Notes: a model not told the origin generated them from the sequence alone. A DNA stretch of 64,000 bases from Methanothrix sp. (GCA_963682135.1 OY821645.1:224001-288000), one strand, 5' to 3'; counted from the first letter of the stretch, positions 41,760 through 52,070 are shown. Made by a program: numbers and translations.

Positions 41760-41794
41760 AGCTCTTGGGGGTGATTGCCTGCTGCCCCAAGAGC
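41760..41794 (+). terminator. Intergenic hairpin
   Basis: gctcttgggg...ccccaagagc followed by T-rich tract. Confidence 0.5.
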
Positions 41795-41901
41795 CTAGGT
41801 CATTTCTTTTTGATAAGCCAAGATTTATGAATAACATCTGTCCATTCGATGCATAGACCCAAAGAAAAGCACCCAAAGGAATATATCATAACATTGGAGG
41901 T

Positions 41902-42840
41902 ATGTTATCGATGAGATGGCTGGCTCTGGCACTGTTCATGATCCTATTACCGGGAATCGCCCAAGATTATCCTCTGCAAATAAGCAACGGCGTCGTCAAC
42001 TGCACCATCTTCGGCTCCTTCAAGGACCCCGGGTTTACGGGGACCACTTATTCCGACTCATATTCCGTCCTGGTTGTAGACGCACGCCTGACCAGATTAA
42101 ACGAAAGCGATAAAGAGACGATTAATGCTGCCTATAGCCTCACCGATGGAAACGACCGGGTTTTTCAGTCCAGTGCTCTCAATATAAAAGAGTTACAACC
42201 AGGCCGCCGGTTGATTGGTTTTGTCGTCCCCAAGGAGACAATAGCCAAGAGCCTGACCATAGATTTGTCTAAGGATAAAAGGGGAGGAGAGCAGTTTTCA
42301 CTTCGTTTTCCTGAGCTGGTCAACATCAGCAACGCAAATGTGACCTTGCTCTATTATGGAGTGCTCCGGTCCAGTGTATACTCCAATAAGAAGACGATCG
42401 AATTGGATGTGGCGATAACCAATAACGGCACAAAAAAGCTTGTACTTGATGCCGATAACTTTACATTGAAGGACCAGTGGGGCTGGAAGTATGAGAGCAA
42501 AGAGTATGATAGCTATGGAAAGAAGGGCATGTCTCAAAAGGTGCTTGTGCAAAATGAGACCATTAGATCCGGCTTGATATTCAATTCGGTCTCGCCGCTG
42601 AGCAGACCGGTGGAACTGGTCTATAGATATTCCAATAACAGCTATATGACAATGAATATAGACCTCGAGGCAGGTCTTGTCTCTGCCGTCCCGGAGAAGG
42701 TTTGCAGTGATTGTGAGAGCCCGGCGGACTCCGCCTCTAACCTGGCCGGTTCCATTAAAGCCACCAAAGCTCGTCTGGCAAAAGTCAAGAAGATTAACAG
42801 CACATCAGAGAGCGCTCAAAAAGGGAGAGATGAGCTCTGA
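41902..42840 (+). CDS. Secreted Ig-like (DUF4352-like) protein, paralog of 40733
   Basis: Shares NFTL.DQWGW, SRP..L.Y, GSIK...ARLA. Confidence 0.7.
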   Translation: MLSMRWLALALFMILLPGIAQDYPLQISNGVVNCTIFGSFKDPGFTGTTYSDSYSVLVVDARLTRLNESDKETINAAYSLTDGNDRVFQSSALNIKELQPGRRLIGFVVPKETIAKSLTIDLSKDKRGGEQFSLRFPELVNISNANVTLLYYGVLRSSVYSNKKTIELDVAITNNGTKKLVLDADNFTLKDQWGWKYESKEYDSYGKKGMSQKVLVQNETIRSGLIFNSVSPLSRPVELVYRYSNNSYMTMNIDLEAGLVSAVPEKVCSDCESPADSASNLAGSIKATKARLAKVKKINSTSESAQKGRDEL

Positions 42841-42852
42841 GAATATGATGAG

Positions 42853-43665
42853 TTGAACATGGCAGAGCCTTTGACTGAAATAGAATATGCAGTGTGTTTC
42901 AATGCCTTCAAAAAAGCATCCACGGAATGGATGGCTATTCAAGGATGGTTAGCGGATGATTTTATTCCCTCACTTGCAGGCAAAGAGTCTGCAAAAATAC
43001 TGAGCATCGGCAGCGGAACGGGAGATTTCGACCTTACCCTGATGCGCATGCTTCTTGGCAAGATACCAAACATCTCCTATATTGCACTGGACCCTAATGA
43101 GACGCACAACCGAATATTTTTAGATCAGTATAGAGCGTCCGGTCTCAATCTTTACCAATTTCAGATCATTGCCAGGCCTTTTTGCGAGGATTTGCTTGAA
43201 GGGGGATTTGATATTGTTCATTTGACGCACTGCCTCTATTACATCCCGGACAGGAAGATGGCTATTCGCAAGTCTTATGAGATGTTAAATCCGGGGGGGG
43301 TGCTTCTCATATTTCATCAGACTCCTTTGGGAATTAACGAGATCCAGCGCATTTACTTGAAGAAAGTGAAAGGCAACGACAAGGAACTTTTTTCCTCCTA
43401 TGATATTCAACTCATCATGAAAGAACTGGATCTGAGGTTCAAATTCAACATCTTGATCTCTGATATTGATGTGACGGATTGCATAACAGGAACTGAAACA
43501 GGCAGGAGGATCTTGAGCTTCTTCCTGGAATCTAATCTAGAAGGACTCGACCGGACACAGTACAATGAGATAATTCAGACTATGAAGGAGATATGCTGGT
43601 GCAAAGATGGAAGATATTTTCTATTTCATCCCAGCGGCATCTTCTGGATAAAAAAGCCCCTTTAG
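42853..43665 (+). CDS. Class I SAM methyltransferase
   Basis: ILSIGSGTG, FDIV...HCLYY, LNPGG. Confidence 0.85.
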   Translation: MNMAEPLTEIEYAVCFNAFKKASTEWMAIQGWLADDFIPSLAGKESAKILSIGSGTGDFDLTLMRMLLGKIPNISYIALDPNETHNRIFLDQYRASGLNLYQFQIIARPFCEDLLEGGFDIVHLTHCLYYIPDRKMAIRKSYEMLNPGGVLLIFHQTPLGINEIQRIYLKKVKGNDKELFSSYDIQLIMKELDLRFKFNILISDIDVTDCITGTETGRRILSFFLESNLEGLDRTQYNEIIQTMKEICWCKDGRYFLFHPSGIFWIKKPL

Positions 43666-43718
43666 CATTGTGTCCGAATCCCAATCTCGGGAAAAGAAAA
43701 AAATAATATTTAGGTCGC

Positions 43719-44744
43719 CTATGCTTGCGAAATTCCGTCTACTGTGACCAGATTTGCATCTGCTCCACGAAACGCATTCTTAAAATGCACCTTTATCATT
43801 TGTGATTTACCTGGTTTGGAGTAGACAAAAGTGTCATCCACTTCGTTAGCAGCTATGATCACCTTGCTATCGACTACTTGCCCATCTTTGCTTAGCTCCA
43901 GGTACACCTTATTTCCATCGATATCAACGGATTTGATCGCCAATTCGTAACCTTCGTCTAAATTCAAAGGCGTTCCTGAAGTAAATGTTGATAGATTGGA
44001 GTTATTAATCAATACAAAAGAGGAATCTGATTCGGAGGTTTGCAGAACACCGTCTACTGTGACTAGATTTGCCTCTTTTCCCCGAAAAACATTCTTAAAA
44101 TGCACCTTTATCATTTGTGATGTGCCTGGTTTGGAGTAGAGAAAAGTGTCGTCCACGTCGTTAGCGGTTATGATCACCTTGCTATCGATTACTTGTCCGT
44201 CCTTGGCCAGCTCCAGGTATACTCTATTTCCATCGATGTCTACGGATCTGATTGCCAACTCGTAGCCTTCGTCTAATATCAAAGGTGTTCCTGATGTAAA
44301 TATTGACAAATCTGAGTCATTAATCAACACAAGAGATGAATCTGTTTCGGAGGTTTGCAGAACTCTGTCTATTGTGACTAGATTTGCATCTGCTCCACGA
44401 AACGCATTCTTAATATGCACAATTATCAACTGAGATGTATCGGGCTTTGAGTAGACAAAAGTGTCATCCGCCTCGTTAGCAGCTATGATAATCCTGCTAT
44501 CGACTACTTGTCCATCCTTGGTCAGCTCCATGTATATCTTATTCTGATCGATGTCTATAGACTTGATCGCCAACTCATAGCCGTCATTCAGCTTCAACGG
44601 CTCAGAATCATCGGTATCGATAGTTATTTCTGGATTGTCTTTACCAGGCATCGAGATCTCACTCTCATTTACAGAGCTAGGGTATGCCGTACTAATCAAA
44701 TTTGCAGATATGAACGCTAAAATTATAATTATAAAATATCGCAT
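43719..44744 (-). CDS. S-layer domain (DUF1608-like) protein with ~2.8 tandem 105-aa repeats
   Basis: PL.L.EGYELAIKS.DIDGNKVYLELSKDG.VVDSK repeated three times; signal peptide. Confidence 0.85.
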   Translation of the reverse strand: MRYFIIIILAFISANLISTAYPSSVNESEISMPGKDNPEITIDTDDSEPLKLNDGYELAIKSIDIDQNKIYMELTKDGQVVDSRIIIAANEADDTFVYSKPDTSQLIIVHIKNAFRGADANLVTIDRVLQTSETDSSLVLINDSDLSIFTSGTPLILDEGYELAIRSVDIDGNRVYLELAKDGQVIDSKVIITANDVDDTFLYSKPGTSQMIKVHFKNVFRGKEANLVTVDGVLQTSESDSSFVLINNSNLSTFTSGTPLNLDEGYELAIKSVDIDGNKVYLELSKDGQVVDSKVIIAANEVDDTFVYSKPGKSQMIKVHFKNAFRGADANLVTVDGISQA

Positions 44745-44891
44745 AGTTTACTTCCTCGAAAACACATAGTGCATTGATCTTAATAATCTTTCTTAAAATT
44801 TAGGATAGTAGAACTTCGACGAATTCCAGATACCTTTCCTTAAACAGGTTATCGTAAAAAATGAAAACAAAACAGGAAATAATCTAGCGGC

Positions 44892-45329
44892 TCAGACTCC
44901 TCCAAGGAAATCTGCACCCTGGGCTTTCCCTTGTTCCGATGTCGCATATTTTGCGATGGCGGCGTCCGACATGAGGTTGACATCGTTGGTAGTATATTTC
45001 GCTCCGTCACCATTTATTTCATGGGTTATGCCCTTGCTAGTTGTATTGTTTCCGGCAGCGATATAGGGCTTCTGCAAATTGACGGGTACGGTCATCTTTG
45101 CCATGAGCAAAGCAGTGTCATTTCCAAGGTTCTTGGAGACCCATGCATTCCACTGATCGACCAGGGCATTGAATGCCGGGACATCCTGACCCTGGATGGC
45201 TTTATCGTATGCCTGGCCGAGCTGGAAGGACAGGCGCACGCCGTCCACGGTGGCTTGTTGTTCTGGGGCATATGCAGCAGCCAGAGAAACGGCTGCCAAT
45301 AGGCTTACAAGAATAATAATAGTCTTCAT
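44892..45329 (-). CDS. Secreted hypothetical protein
   Basis: Signal peptide, coding-like composition. Confidence 0.75.
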   Translation of the reverse strand: MKTIIILVSLLAAVSLAAAYAPEQQATVDGVRLSFQLGQAYDKAIQGQDVPAFNALVDQWNAWVSKNLGNDTALLMAKMTVPVNLQKPYIAAGNNTTSKGITHEINGDGAKYTTNDVNLMSDAAIAKYATSEQGKAQGADFLGGV

Positions 45330-45711
45330 GCTAATGGCTTTTCTATCGAGATTATTAATACCTCTTGGTCAGCCAATGAGCATAAGTAGGGTAGAGCAAT
45401 GAGTGCTAGAGCGGCTTTGCCATGGGCGGCCGGAAATCACTTTCGCGGCGCGCGGATGAGCCTTTTCTATTATTACTACTATGTATTGATCGGAGACAGC
45501 CACCCCCTCGTTCTACTCCCTTAGGCGGTCTCCAGCTATCTCTTTATAGGTGATTGCCCTGGACAATTTCGTGATCTCACCTGTGACTGCCTTGCTTTCC
45601 TTCCCCTTTCTCCTCCTGGCCTTCCGGCAAGCTTTTGCGCTATCCAATGCAGTCCTCTTTATGCCTTCACCGCTTGGCCGGGTTTGGGCTCCGGACTGCT
45701 TTTTTTGCCGG

Positions 45712-46209
45712 CTACTTCTTAAGCTCAATGACATACTCGCAATGGGGATCGCCGGTGCACATCCTCTTTGTGTACCTCATGGTGTACCGCGGGCTCAGGC
45801 TTTCGACTGAGTTTTGGCAAAAGGCCTGGCAATGAGCAGCCGTTCCTGCAGTCGGCCGATGCCCGATGTTCCTGTGAGCATTGAGCATCGGACAGCCTGT
45901 CATCTTGCCGATTACATGATCCTCATTTGCCACCAAGATCTCGCCCCTAAGCTCAGGCCCCAGAATTATGGTGGAGATGATGTCCAAAGTGCTCTCGATT
46001 TCTATAGCATTGCTCGCGGGAAGGCCCAGAGATCTTGCCAAATTCTTTGATTCCTTTCCACATTCTGTCATGATCGCATTCCAGATCTCATCGATCTTAT
46101 CGCCGATAATCTGCCGAACGAGCATGTCATAAACTACCGATTGGCTATTTGCAGCCTTGGTGGCAATCTCCCAGCGCACCTCTGCAGGAATATCCTTTAT
46201 ATTGACCAT
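45712..46209 (-). CDS. V4R/ATC-hydrolase-like small-molecule-binding protein
   Basis: GCP...C..FC...MC.GD.HCE. Confidence 0.65.
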   Translation of the reverse strand: MVNIKDIPAEVRWEIATKAANSQSVVYDMLVRQIIGDKIDEIWNAIMTECGKESKNLARSLGLPASNAIEIESTLDIISTIILGPELRGEILVANEDHVIGKMTGCPMLNAHRNIGHRPTAGTAAHCQAFCQNSVESLSPRYTMRYTKRMCTGDPHCEYVIELKK

Positions 46210-46261
46210 AGAAAGACCTCATTGCAAAGATAATGACGTTAATAATTAAATATTTTCTTCC

Positions 46262-46708
46262 CTAGACATAAATTCGGTCTTTCCCATCAAATGGTGGTGT
46301 AAAGATAGAGATGAGCTGCAAAGTTCCATTGCCGGTTACTTCTGATCCATGGATCGTTAATGCCGGTATGTACATCAGATCTCCGACTTTCATGACTAAT
46401 TGCTTTCCTGATACGTTCATGACAGCCTGGCCTTTAATGCAATAGGTCATCTCATCGCTGTATTGATGATAGTGCAACTTTAGGACCGAGCCGGGGGGAC
46501 CCATTACCAAATTGACGCTTGCATTTTTTCCGGATGCCACTTGAGTTATATTGAGACCGGCTATCGTGCCCACACTCTTTTGTTGGGCTAGATCAATGAG
46601 ATTGACCTTTTCTGTCAAATTTGCTGATAGATTGCTCTGCTCTTCTGCCAAGACCAGGAGACAGGAAGATAAGATGGCTAAAGACAGAGCCACAAATATT
46701 TTTTTCAT
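46262..46708 (-). CDS. Exported cupin domain protein
   Basis: HYH..SDE..Y...G, GD..YIP...HG. Confidence 0.85.
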   Translation of the reverse strand: MKKIFVALSLAILSSCLLVLAEEQSNLSANLTEKVNLIDLAQQKSVGTIAGLNITQVASGKNASVNLVMGPPGSVLKLHYHQYSDEMTYCIKGQAVMNVSGKQLVMKVGDLMYIPALTIHGSEVTGNGTLQLISIFTPPFDGKDRIYV

Positions 46709-46741
46709 GCCATGCGTATGTATTCTGACATTATCTATACC

Positions 46742-47293
46742 TTACGGTTCTTTGATCTGAGACATATCATCCTTCATCTTGACCAGGATCCATCCTCGCG
46801 TGGTGCGGGTGAGGGCATAGCCGCCTTTGAGCTTCTTGCCCTCCAGCCGGAAAGAAGCGTGGCCGCTATGCAGGGCCACCTTCATGGGGATCTCCTGTCC
46901 ATCTTTTTGGGTCATATTTTTATAGGAACCACTATCCCATACCACCACAGTTCCGGCTCCGTACTGGCCTGGCGGAATGGTGCCTTCAAAAGAGGCATAC
47001 TCGATGGGATGGTCCTCCGTCTCTATGGCCAGGCGCTTATCCCTGGGATCAAGGGAAGGCCCTTTGGGAACAGCCCAGGACTTGAGAACGCCGTCCACCT
47101 CCAGACGTAGATCATAGTGCAAGCTGCGGGAGCTGTGTTTTTGAACAACGAAAATACTGCCGCCTGGGGAGGAATTGCCGCCAGTGGGCTCGGAAGTGAT
47201 GAGAAAGTCTCTCTTCTCTCGGTAGATCTCTAATGGGTCCAACTTTTTCGTGCAGGATTCTAACGGATCAGATATCTTCGTGCCTTCATTCAT
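46742..47293 (-). CDS. LigD-type 3'-phosphoesterase domain (stand-alone)
   Basis: FVVQKH...LHYDLRLE, SWAVPKGPS, EDHP.EY, YGAG.V.VWD; start uncertain. Confidence 0.92.
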   Translation of the reverse strand: MNEGTKISDPLESCTKKLDPLEIYREKRDFLITSEPTGGNSSPGGSIFVVQKHSSRSLHYDLRLEVDGVLKSWAVPKGPSLDPRDKRLAIETEDHPIEYASFEGTIPPGQYGAGTVVVWDSGSYKNMTQKDGQEIPMKVALHSGHASFRLEGKKLKGGYALTRTTRGWILVKMKDDMSQIKEP

Positions 47294-47352
47294 GAGAACA
47301 CCAGTAACTTTTTTCTCCTCACGAATATTAATTATTCTCTGGAGAGATCCCA

Positions 47353-49410
47353 TTGAATTCATCCCATTCATACCATGAGCCCATGGATCATGAGAACACG
47401 GGAAAAACCGAACCTCAAATGAAACACTCCGGTCATGCCGGACAAAGCCACGCCGGACAGAGTCATGCAGGACAGGGCCATCAGGACATGCTGGCTGATT
47501 TCAAGCGACGGCTGATCTTCTCACTCATTCTTACCGGGCCGGTGCTATTGCTCTCTCATCACGTACAGCAATTCTTTGGATATCACTTCCAGCCTTACGG
47601 CTCCGATACCATCCTTTTTCTGCTCTCTTCGGCAGTCTACTTCTATGGCGGCTATCCTTTTTTTATGGGCCTGAAGACTGAATTTCGCAAAAAGCAGCCG
47701 GGCATGATGACGCTCGTGGCAGTAGCCATAACCGTGGCCTACGTCTACAGCTCTTCTGTAATCTTTGGCTTTGCCGGCATGGACTTCTTCTGGGAGCTGG
47801 TGACACTTATAGATATCATGCTCCTCGGTCACTGGATCGAGATGCGCTCAACCATGGGAGCCTCGCGCGCCCTGGAGGAGCTGGCAAAGATCCTGCCCAC
47901 CCAGGCTCACCTGATCCGAGACGACGGTGTGCACGATGTATTTATTGCAGACTTAAGACTAGAAGATCATGTCTTGGTAAAGCCCGGCGAAAAGATTCCT
48001 GCTGACGGAAGGGTGCTGGACGGGACCACTGATGTAAATGAGTCAGCACTTACCGGGGAGTCTTTGCCGGCGATCAAGAGAGCTGGAGACGAGGTCGTGG
48101 CCGGCTCGATAAATGGCTCGGGAGCAGTGACATTGTCCGTTACGAAGACCGGCAAGGATAGCTATCTTTCCCAGGTGATCCAGCTTGTGCGCGCCGCCCA
48201 GGAGAGCCGATCAAAGACGCAAAACCTGGCTGACAAAGCAGCATTTGCGCTTACGGTTGTGGCAATAGCGACAGGCAGCATTACCCTGGCCGCCTGGTTC
48301 GCCTACGGAGCAGGTTTTGCCTTTGCGGTGGAGAGAGCCGTGACCGTCATGGTTACTGCCTGTCCTCATGCCCTGGGATTGGCCATTCCACTGGTTGTAG
48401 CCGTGTCCACCTCTCTGGCCGCCAAATCCGGGCTTCTGGTTCGAGAACGTCAGGCCTTCGAGACGGCCAAAGACATCTCTGCAGTGGTCTTCGATAAAAC
48501 AGGTACGCTTACTGAAGGGCGTTTTGGCGTGACAGACATTCTGCCTCTGGCTGAGGTGAATGTGAACAGGATCTTAGAGCTGGCTGCCTCTCTGGAGAGC
48601 CGGGCGGAGCATCCCATCGCCCAGGCAGTCACTAAAAAGGCTGTTGAGATGGGTTTGGCCATAGCCGCGCCCCAGGAGTTTCGGCTCATTTCCGGTGTTG
48701 GAATCGAAGGTCAAATAGGAGACCGCAAGCTGAAGATAGTCAGTCCTGGCTATCTAAAAGATCTGAAAACCGTTTTTCAGGACGAGAGGCTGGAGCATCT
48801 TCTCGGGCAGGCAAAGACGGTGGTGATCCTGCTAGAGGACGAAACGCCCCTGGGTGCTATTGCCCTGGCCGACGTAATCAGGAAAGAATCCCGCGAAGCG
48901 GTGGACCTGCTCAAGTCCATAGGCATAAAATGCATGATGCTCACCGGAGACAATCGATCGGTAGCCGAGGCTGTCTCCCGGGAGCTAGGGCTGGATGAGT
49001 TTTTCGCCGAGGTTCTTCCCGGCGAGAAAGCAGCTGCCATCAAGAGAGTGCAGGAGAGATTCACCGTGGCCATGGTGGGGGACGGGGTGAACGATGCTCC
49101 CGCCCTGGCTTCGGCGAATGTGGGTATCGCTATTGGCGCAGGAACGGACGTGGCCATCCAGGCAGCCGACATAATATTGGTAAGAAACGACCCGCGCGAT
49201 GTGGTCAATATCATCCGCCTATCCCGCAAGACCTATGCCAAGATGCTGCAAAACCTGCTATGGGCCACGGGCTACAACGTCATCGCCATTCCCCTGGCAG
49301 CGGGCGTTCTATATTCCTACGGCATACTGCTCAGCCCGGCGGCAGGAGCGGTGCTCATGAGCCTGTCCACAGTGATTGTTGCTGTGAATGCCAGGAGGCT
49401 TGCGATGTGA
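47353..49410 (+). CDS. copB: Copper-translocating P1B-type ATPase (CopB type)
   Basis: His-rich N-terminus, TGES, CPHAL, DKTGT, GDGVND. Confidence 0.93.
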   Translation: MNSSHSYHEPMDHENTGKTEPQMKHSGHAGQSHAGQSHAGQGHQDMLADFKRRLIFSLILTGPVLLLSHHVQQFFGYHFQPYGSDTILFLLSSAVYFYGGYPFFMGLKTEFRKKQPGMMTLVAVAITVAYVYSSSVIFGFAGMDFFWELVTLIDIMLLGHWIEMRSTMGASRALEELAKILPTQAHLIRDDGVHDVFIADLRLEDHVLVKPGEKIPADGRVLDGTTDVNESALTGESLPAIKRAGDEVVAGSINGSGAVTLSVTKTGKDSYLSQVIQLVRAAQESRSKTQNLADKAAFALTVVAIATGSITLAAWFAYGAGFAFAVERAVTVMVTACPHALGLAIPLVVAVSTSLAAKSGLLVRERQAFETAKDISAVVFDKTGTLTEGRFGVTDILPLAEVNVNRILELAASLESRAEHPIAQAVTKKAVEMGLAIAAPQEFRLISGVGIEGQIGDRKLKIVSPGYLKDLKTVFQDERLEHLLGQAKTVVILLEDETPLGAIALADVIRKESREAVDLLKSIGIKCMMLTGDNRSVAEAVSRELGLDEFFAEVLPGEKAAAIKRVQERFTVAMVGDGVNDAPALASANVGIAIGAGTDVAIQAADIILVRNDPRDVVNIIRLSRKTYAKMLQNLLWATGYNVIAIPLAAGVLYSYGILLSPAAGAVLMSLSTVIVAVNARRLAM

Positions 49411-49480
49411 TGGCTACAGAAGATGAAGTTGCAGCAAGCCCTGGTTAGATCCAAATACAAAATATTTATGTGGTGATATT

Positions 49481-50329
49481 ATGGAAAATGCGAAGAAAAG
49501 CCTGAAAATGGGATTTCTTGTGGTCCTCATGATCATATTGGGGACGAGTTGTATAGCATGTGCATCGGACGCAGCGAGCTTCGGGCCGCAGACGATAAGT
49601 GGAGAGCCATTGTGGAGACTGCTCTCTGCCTCTGATGCCGTGAACTCCAACCTTTCCAGAATCGAGACTGCCCTTGTCGATGCCAGCCTCGCTCTCTCAG
49701 AAACAGGCATTGACGGGCCTGCCGCTCGTGCCGTCCTGTCTGACCTCACGAAGGTGGTGCCTTCAGTAATTGACTGTATAACCATTGACGCCAATGGCAC
49801 AGTGCGTGAGGTCGAGCCCATCTCTTTTGAAAGCATGAAGGGAGAGAACTTGAAGGGGCAAGAGCATGTGAATGATACAATAAATACGAGAATGTATTCA
49901 GGTTTCCATTTCATAAGGGCTGTCGAAGGACTGCATGCAATCGATTCTGAGATGCCGGTCTTTGACAGGAATGGGACATTCATGGGAACCGTCAGCTTAA
50001 TGTTCAATAGCAGCCAGTTTTTTGGAAGTGTCCTGGAGGCATTTCAGCCGGCGGGAAATTCAAACATTTGGGTGAGCAAGGCAGATGATGCCACTATCCT
50101 GTACGACACCGATCCCACCCAGGCATTGTTCAACAGAAGCTCTTCTCTCTACCAGGATTTCCCTGAACTTTTGAGGCTTTTCGATAGGATGAGCGTTGAG
50201 AGAACAGGTTACGAAGCCTATGAGTTCCTGGACGAATCTCATGCCGGGACGATAAAGAAAGGCTGCTTCTGGACCACCATCCCCAATAGAGGTACGCAGA
50301 TGAGGCTTGTACTCACACTGGAACTCTGA
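49481..50329 (+). CDS. Exported stand-alone dCache-like protein
   Basis: Paralog of 1064-1957 (QEH, PVF..G.F.G, YD.D..Q). Confidence 0.75.
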   Translation: MENAKKSLKMGFLVVLMIILGTSCIACASDAASFGPQTISGEPLWRLLSASDAVNSNLSRIETALVDASLALSETGIDGPAARAVLSDLTKVVPSVIDCITIDANGTVREVEPISFESMKGENLKGQEHVNDTINTRMYSGFHFIRAVEGLHAIDSEMPVFDRNGTFMGTVSLMFNSSQFFGSVLEAFQPAGNSNIWVSKADDATILYDTDPTQALFNRSSSLYQDFPELLRLFDRMSVERTGYEAYEFLDESHAGTIKKGCFWTTIPNRGTQMRLVLTLEL

Positions 50330-50390
50330 TAGGACGGATGATCGGACGGGCACCGGAAAAGCCGCTTAATTCCAGGAGGGCGAAGAAAAA

Positions 50391-50421
50391 TGTCGGGAAT
50401 CTGATCCTCAGAATCCCGACA
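50391..50421. terminator. Hairpin between convergent genes
   Basis: tgtcgggaatctga-tcc-tcagaatcccgaca. Confidence 0.55.
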
Positions 50422-50423
50422 AT

Positions 50424-52070
50424 CTATGCAGTGGGAACCATCTTGTAGATCTTTCCCGTATCTCCGGCAGGTCCTGCTACATCCGAAGTCAGGACATATT
50501 GCTCTCCCTCATCGTCTTGGCCAAAGGAGCGAATGTACTCATTGATCCTTCCGCCCGGTCTGTCCGCGACATGAATCTCCTCCATCTTCCACAGCCCCTC
50601 CCCGCTAGAGTTGGCCATGTAAAGTTTGCCGTCTCCTTTGGCAAAGCTGCTGGACCAGTCGGCAAATAAGTAGCTGCCGGCAAGCGGCATCAGGGCCTTG
50701 CCCTCGTATACATATCCGCCTACAACCACGGTGCGATTATTATGATCGTACTCGATTATCGGTCCCAGAAGCGGCTCACCTTTGCTGCCCAAGTCGGGAC
50801 ATCCGGATGGTGACTGCCTCGGGCTGTTGGGGTCGAAGCAGTGAGTCCCTTCTCTGATATTCCAGCCATAGTTGCCTCCTTTGCTGACCATGTCCACCTC
50901 TTCCCAGAGGTTTTGCCCGGCATCGGCCACAAAGAGACGACCGGCTGAATCAAAGGAGATTCTGTAGGGATTCCTGAGGCCATAAGCCCAGATCTCAGGC
51001 AGGAAACCCGTTCTATTTACGAAGGGATTGTCGGCAGGAATGCCATATCTCGCGCTGGCGTTATTCATAGTTGAATCAACATCAATGCGCAAAATTTTGC
51101 CCAGGAGAGTCGAGGTATTCTGGGCGTTGCCGCCGGCTACATGTCCTAAGGCAACATCGTTCGCGCCGCCTCCGTCACCCAAGGGCAGATACAAATATCC
51201 ATCCGGGCCGAAGGCAATGGTTCCTCCGTTGTGGTTCATTTGAGGCTTATCAATCTCTAGAATAACCTTCTCTGAGTTCATGTCAATAACCTTCGGATTG
51301 TCATTGGTGACGAGAAACTCAGAGAGTTTATTGGTGCAGTTCCAGCCTTGCGGCGCTCCCGACCGCAGAGGCGCGCTGTAAAATACAAATACACGACCGT
51401 TCCTGGCGAAATTGGGATGAAACGCCAAACCCAGAAGCCCACGCTCATCATACCTTGGCGATATTTTTACCATGCGATCGCTAACATTCAGAAAAGGCTC
51501 CTCTTGCAGCTTTCCATCCGCGGTCATCAGCTTGACAAGTCCAGTCTGGTCGACGACAAACATTCGTCCATCCTTTGAGCTGACAAACTCCATAGGTGCG
51601 GCAAAGCCCGACGCAACCAATTTCAACGCGACCATGGGCCCGCTTTGATTCGTCATAACATTACCAGCATCCATCTCCGTGGTTCCTGGGTCAGTAGAAT
51701 TGACCTTACTCGGATCTGTCTTTCCTGAAGCATCTGCGACTATTACATAGCCCATCATAGAAGGATGAATCAGGCATTGGTACTGGTATCTTCCCGGCTT
51801 TGTGAATACAAAATTAAACCTGCCACCGGCGGCCATATTCCCTGAGCTGAATGTGCCGTCTGAGCTGGTTACCGTATGCTCCACAGGATCATTATTTACC
51901 CAGGTCACTGCTGTCCCAGGAGACACCGTGATCGAATCTGGCTGAAAGGAAAAACTGGTGATCTCTACAACATTTGTCTGCATCTGTGGTAGCGTTTTTT
52001 CCACGCAACCTGCCATGCTGGCGGTCATTATCAGCAGCATGGCTATAGAAAAAAATTTGTAGTTTTCCAT
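50424..52070 (-). CDS. Lipoprotein: cupredoxin fused to PQQ-dependent glucose/sorbosone dehydrogenase-like propeller
   Basis: MAGC lipobox; H...C.IHP.M type-1 Cu ligands; ERGLLG.AFHP, HNGG, GDGG, GLRNP. Confidence 0.9.
   Translation of the reverse strand: MENYKFFSIAMLLIMTASMAGCVEKTLPQMQTNVVEITSFSFQPDSITVSPGTAVTWVNNDPVEHTVTSSDGTFSSGNMAAGGRFNFVFTKPGRYQYQCLIHPSMMGYVIVADASGKTDPSKVNSTDPGTTEMDAGNVMTNQSGPMVALKLVASGFAAPMEFVSSKDGRMFVVDQTGLVKLMTADGKLQEEPFLNVSDRMVKISPRYDERGLLGLAFHPNFARNGRVFVFYSAPLRSGAPQGWNCTNKLSEFLVTNDNPKVIDMNSEKVILEIDKPQMNHNGGTIAFGPDGYLYLPLGDGGGANDVALGHVAGGNAQNTSTLLGKILRIDVDSTMNNASARYGIPADNPFVNRTGFLPEIWAYGLRNPYRISFDSAGRLFVADAGQNLWEEVDMVSKGGNYGWNIREGTHCFDPNSPRQSPSGCPDLGSKGEPLLGPIIEYDHNNRTVVVGGYVYEGKALMPLAGSYLFADWSSSFAKGDGKLYMANSSGEGLWKMEEIHVADRPGGRINEYIRSFGQDDEGEQYVLTSDVAGPAGDTGKIYKMVPTA

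Noticed and set aside
45400-45734. ORFs 45513-45734 and 45550-45810, and GC-rich stems (possible RNase P/SRP RNA or MFS remnant)
   Set aside because: No conserved RNA motifs recognised; protein similarity too weak to call
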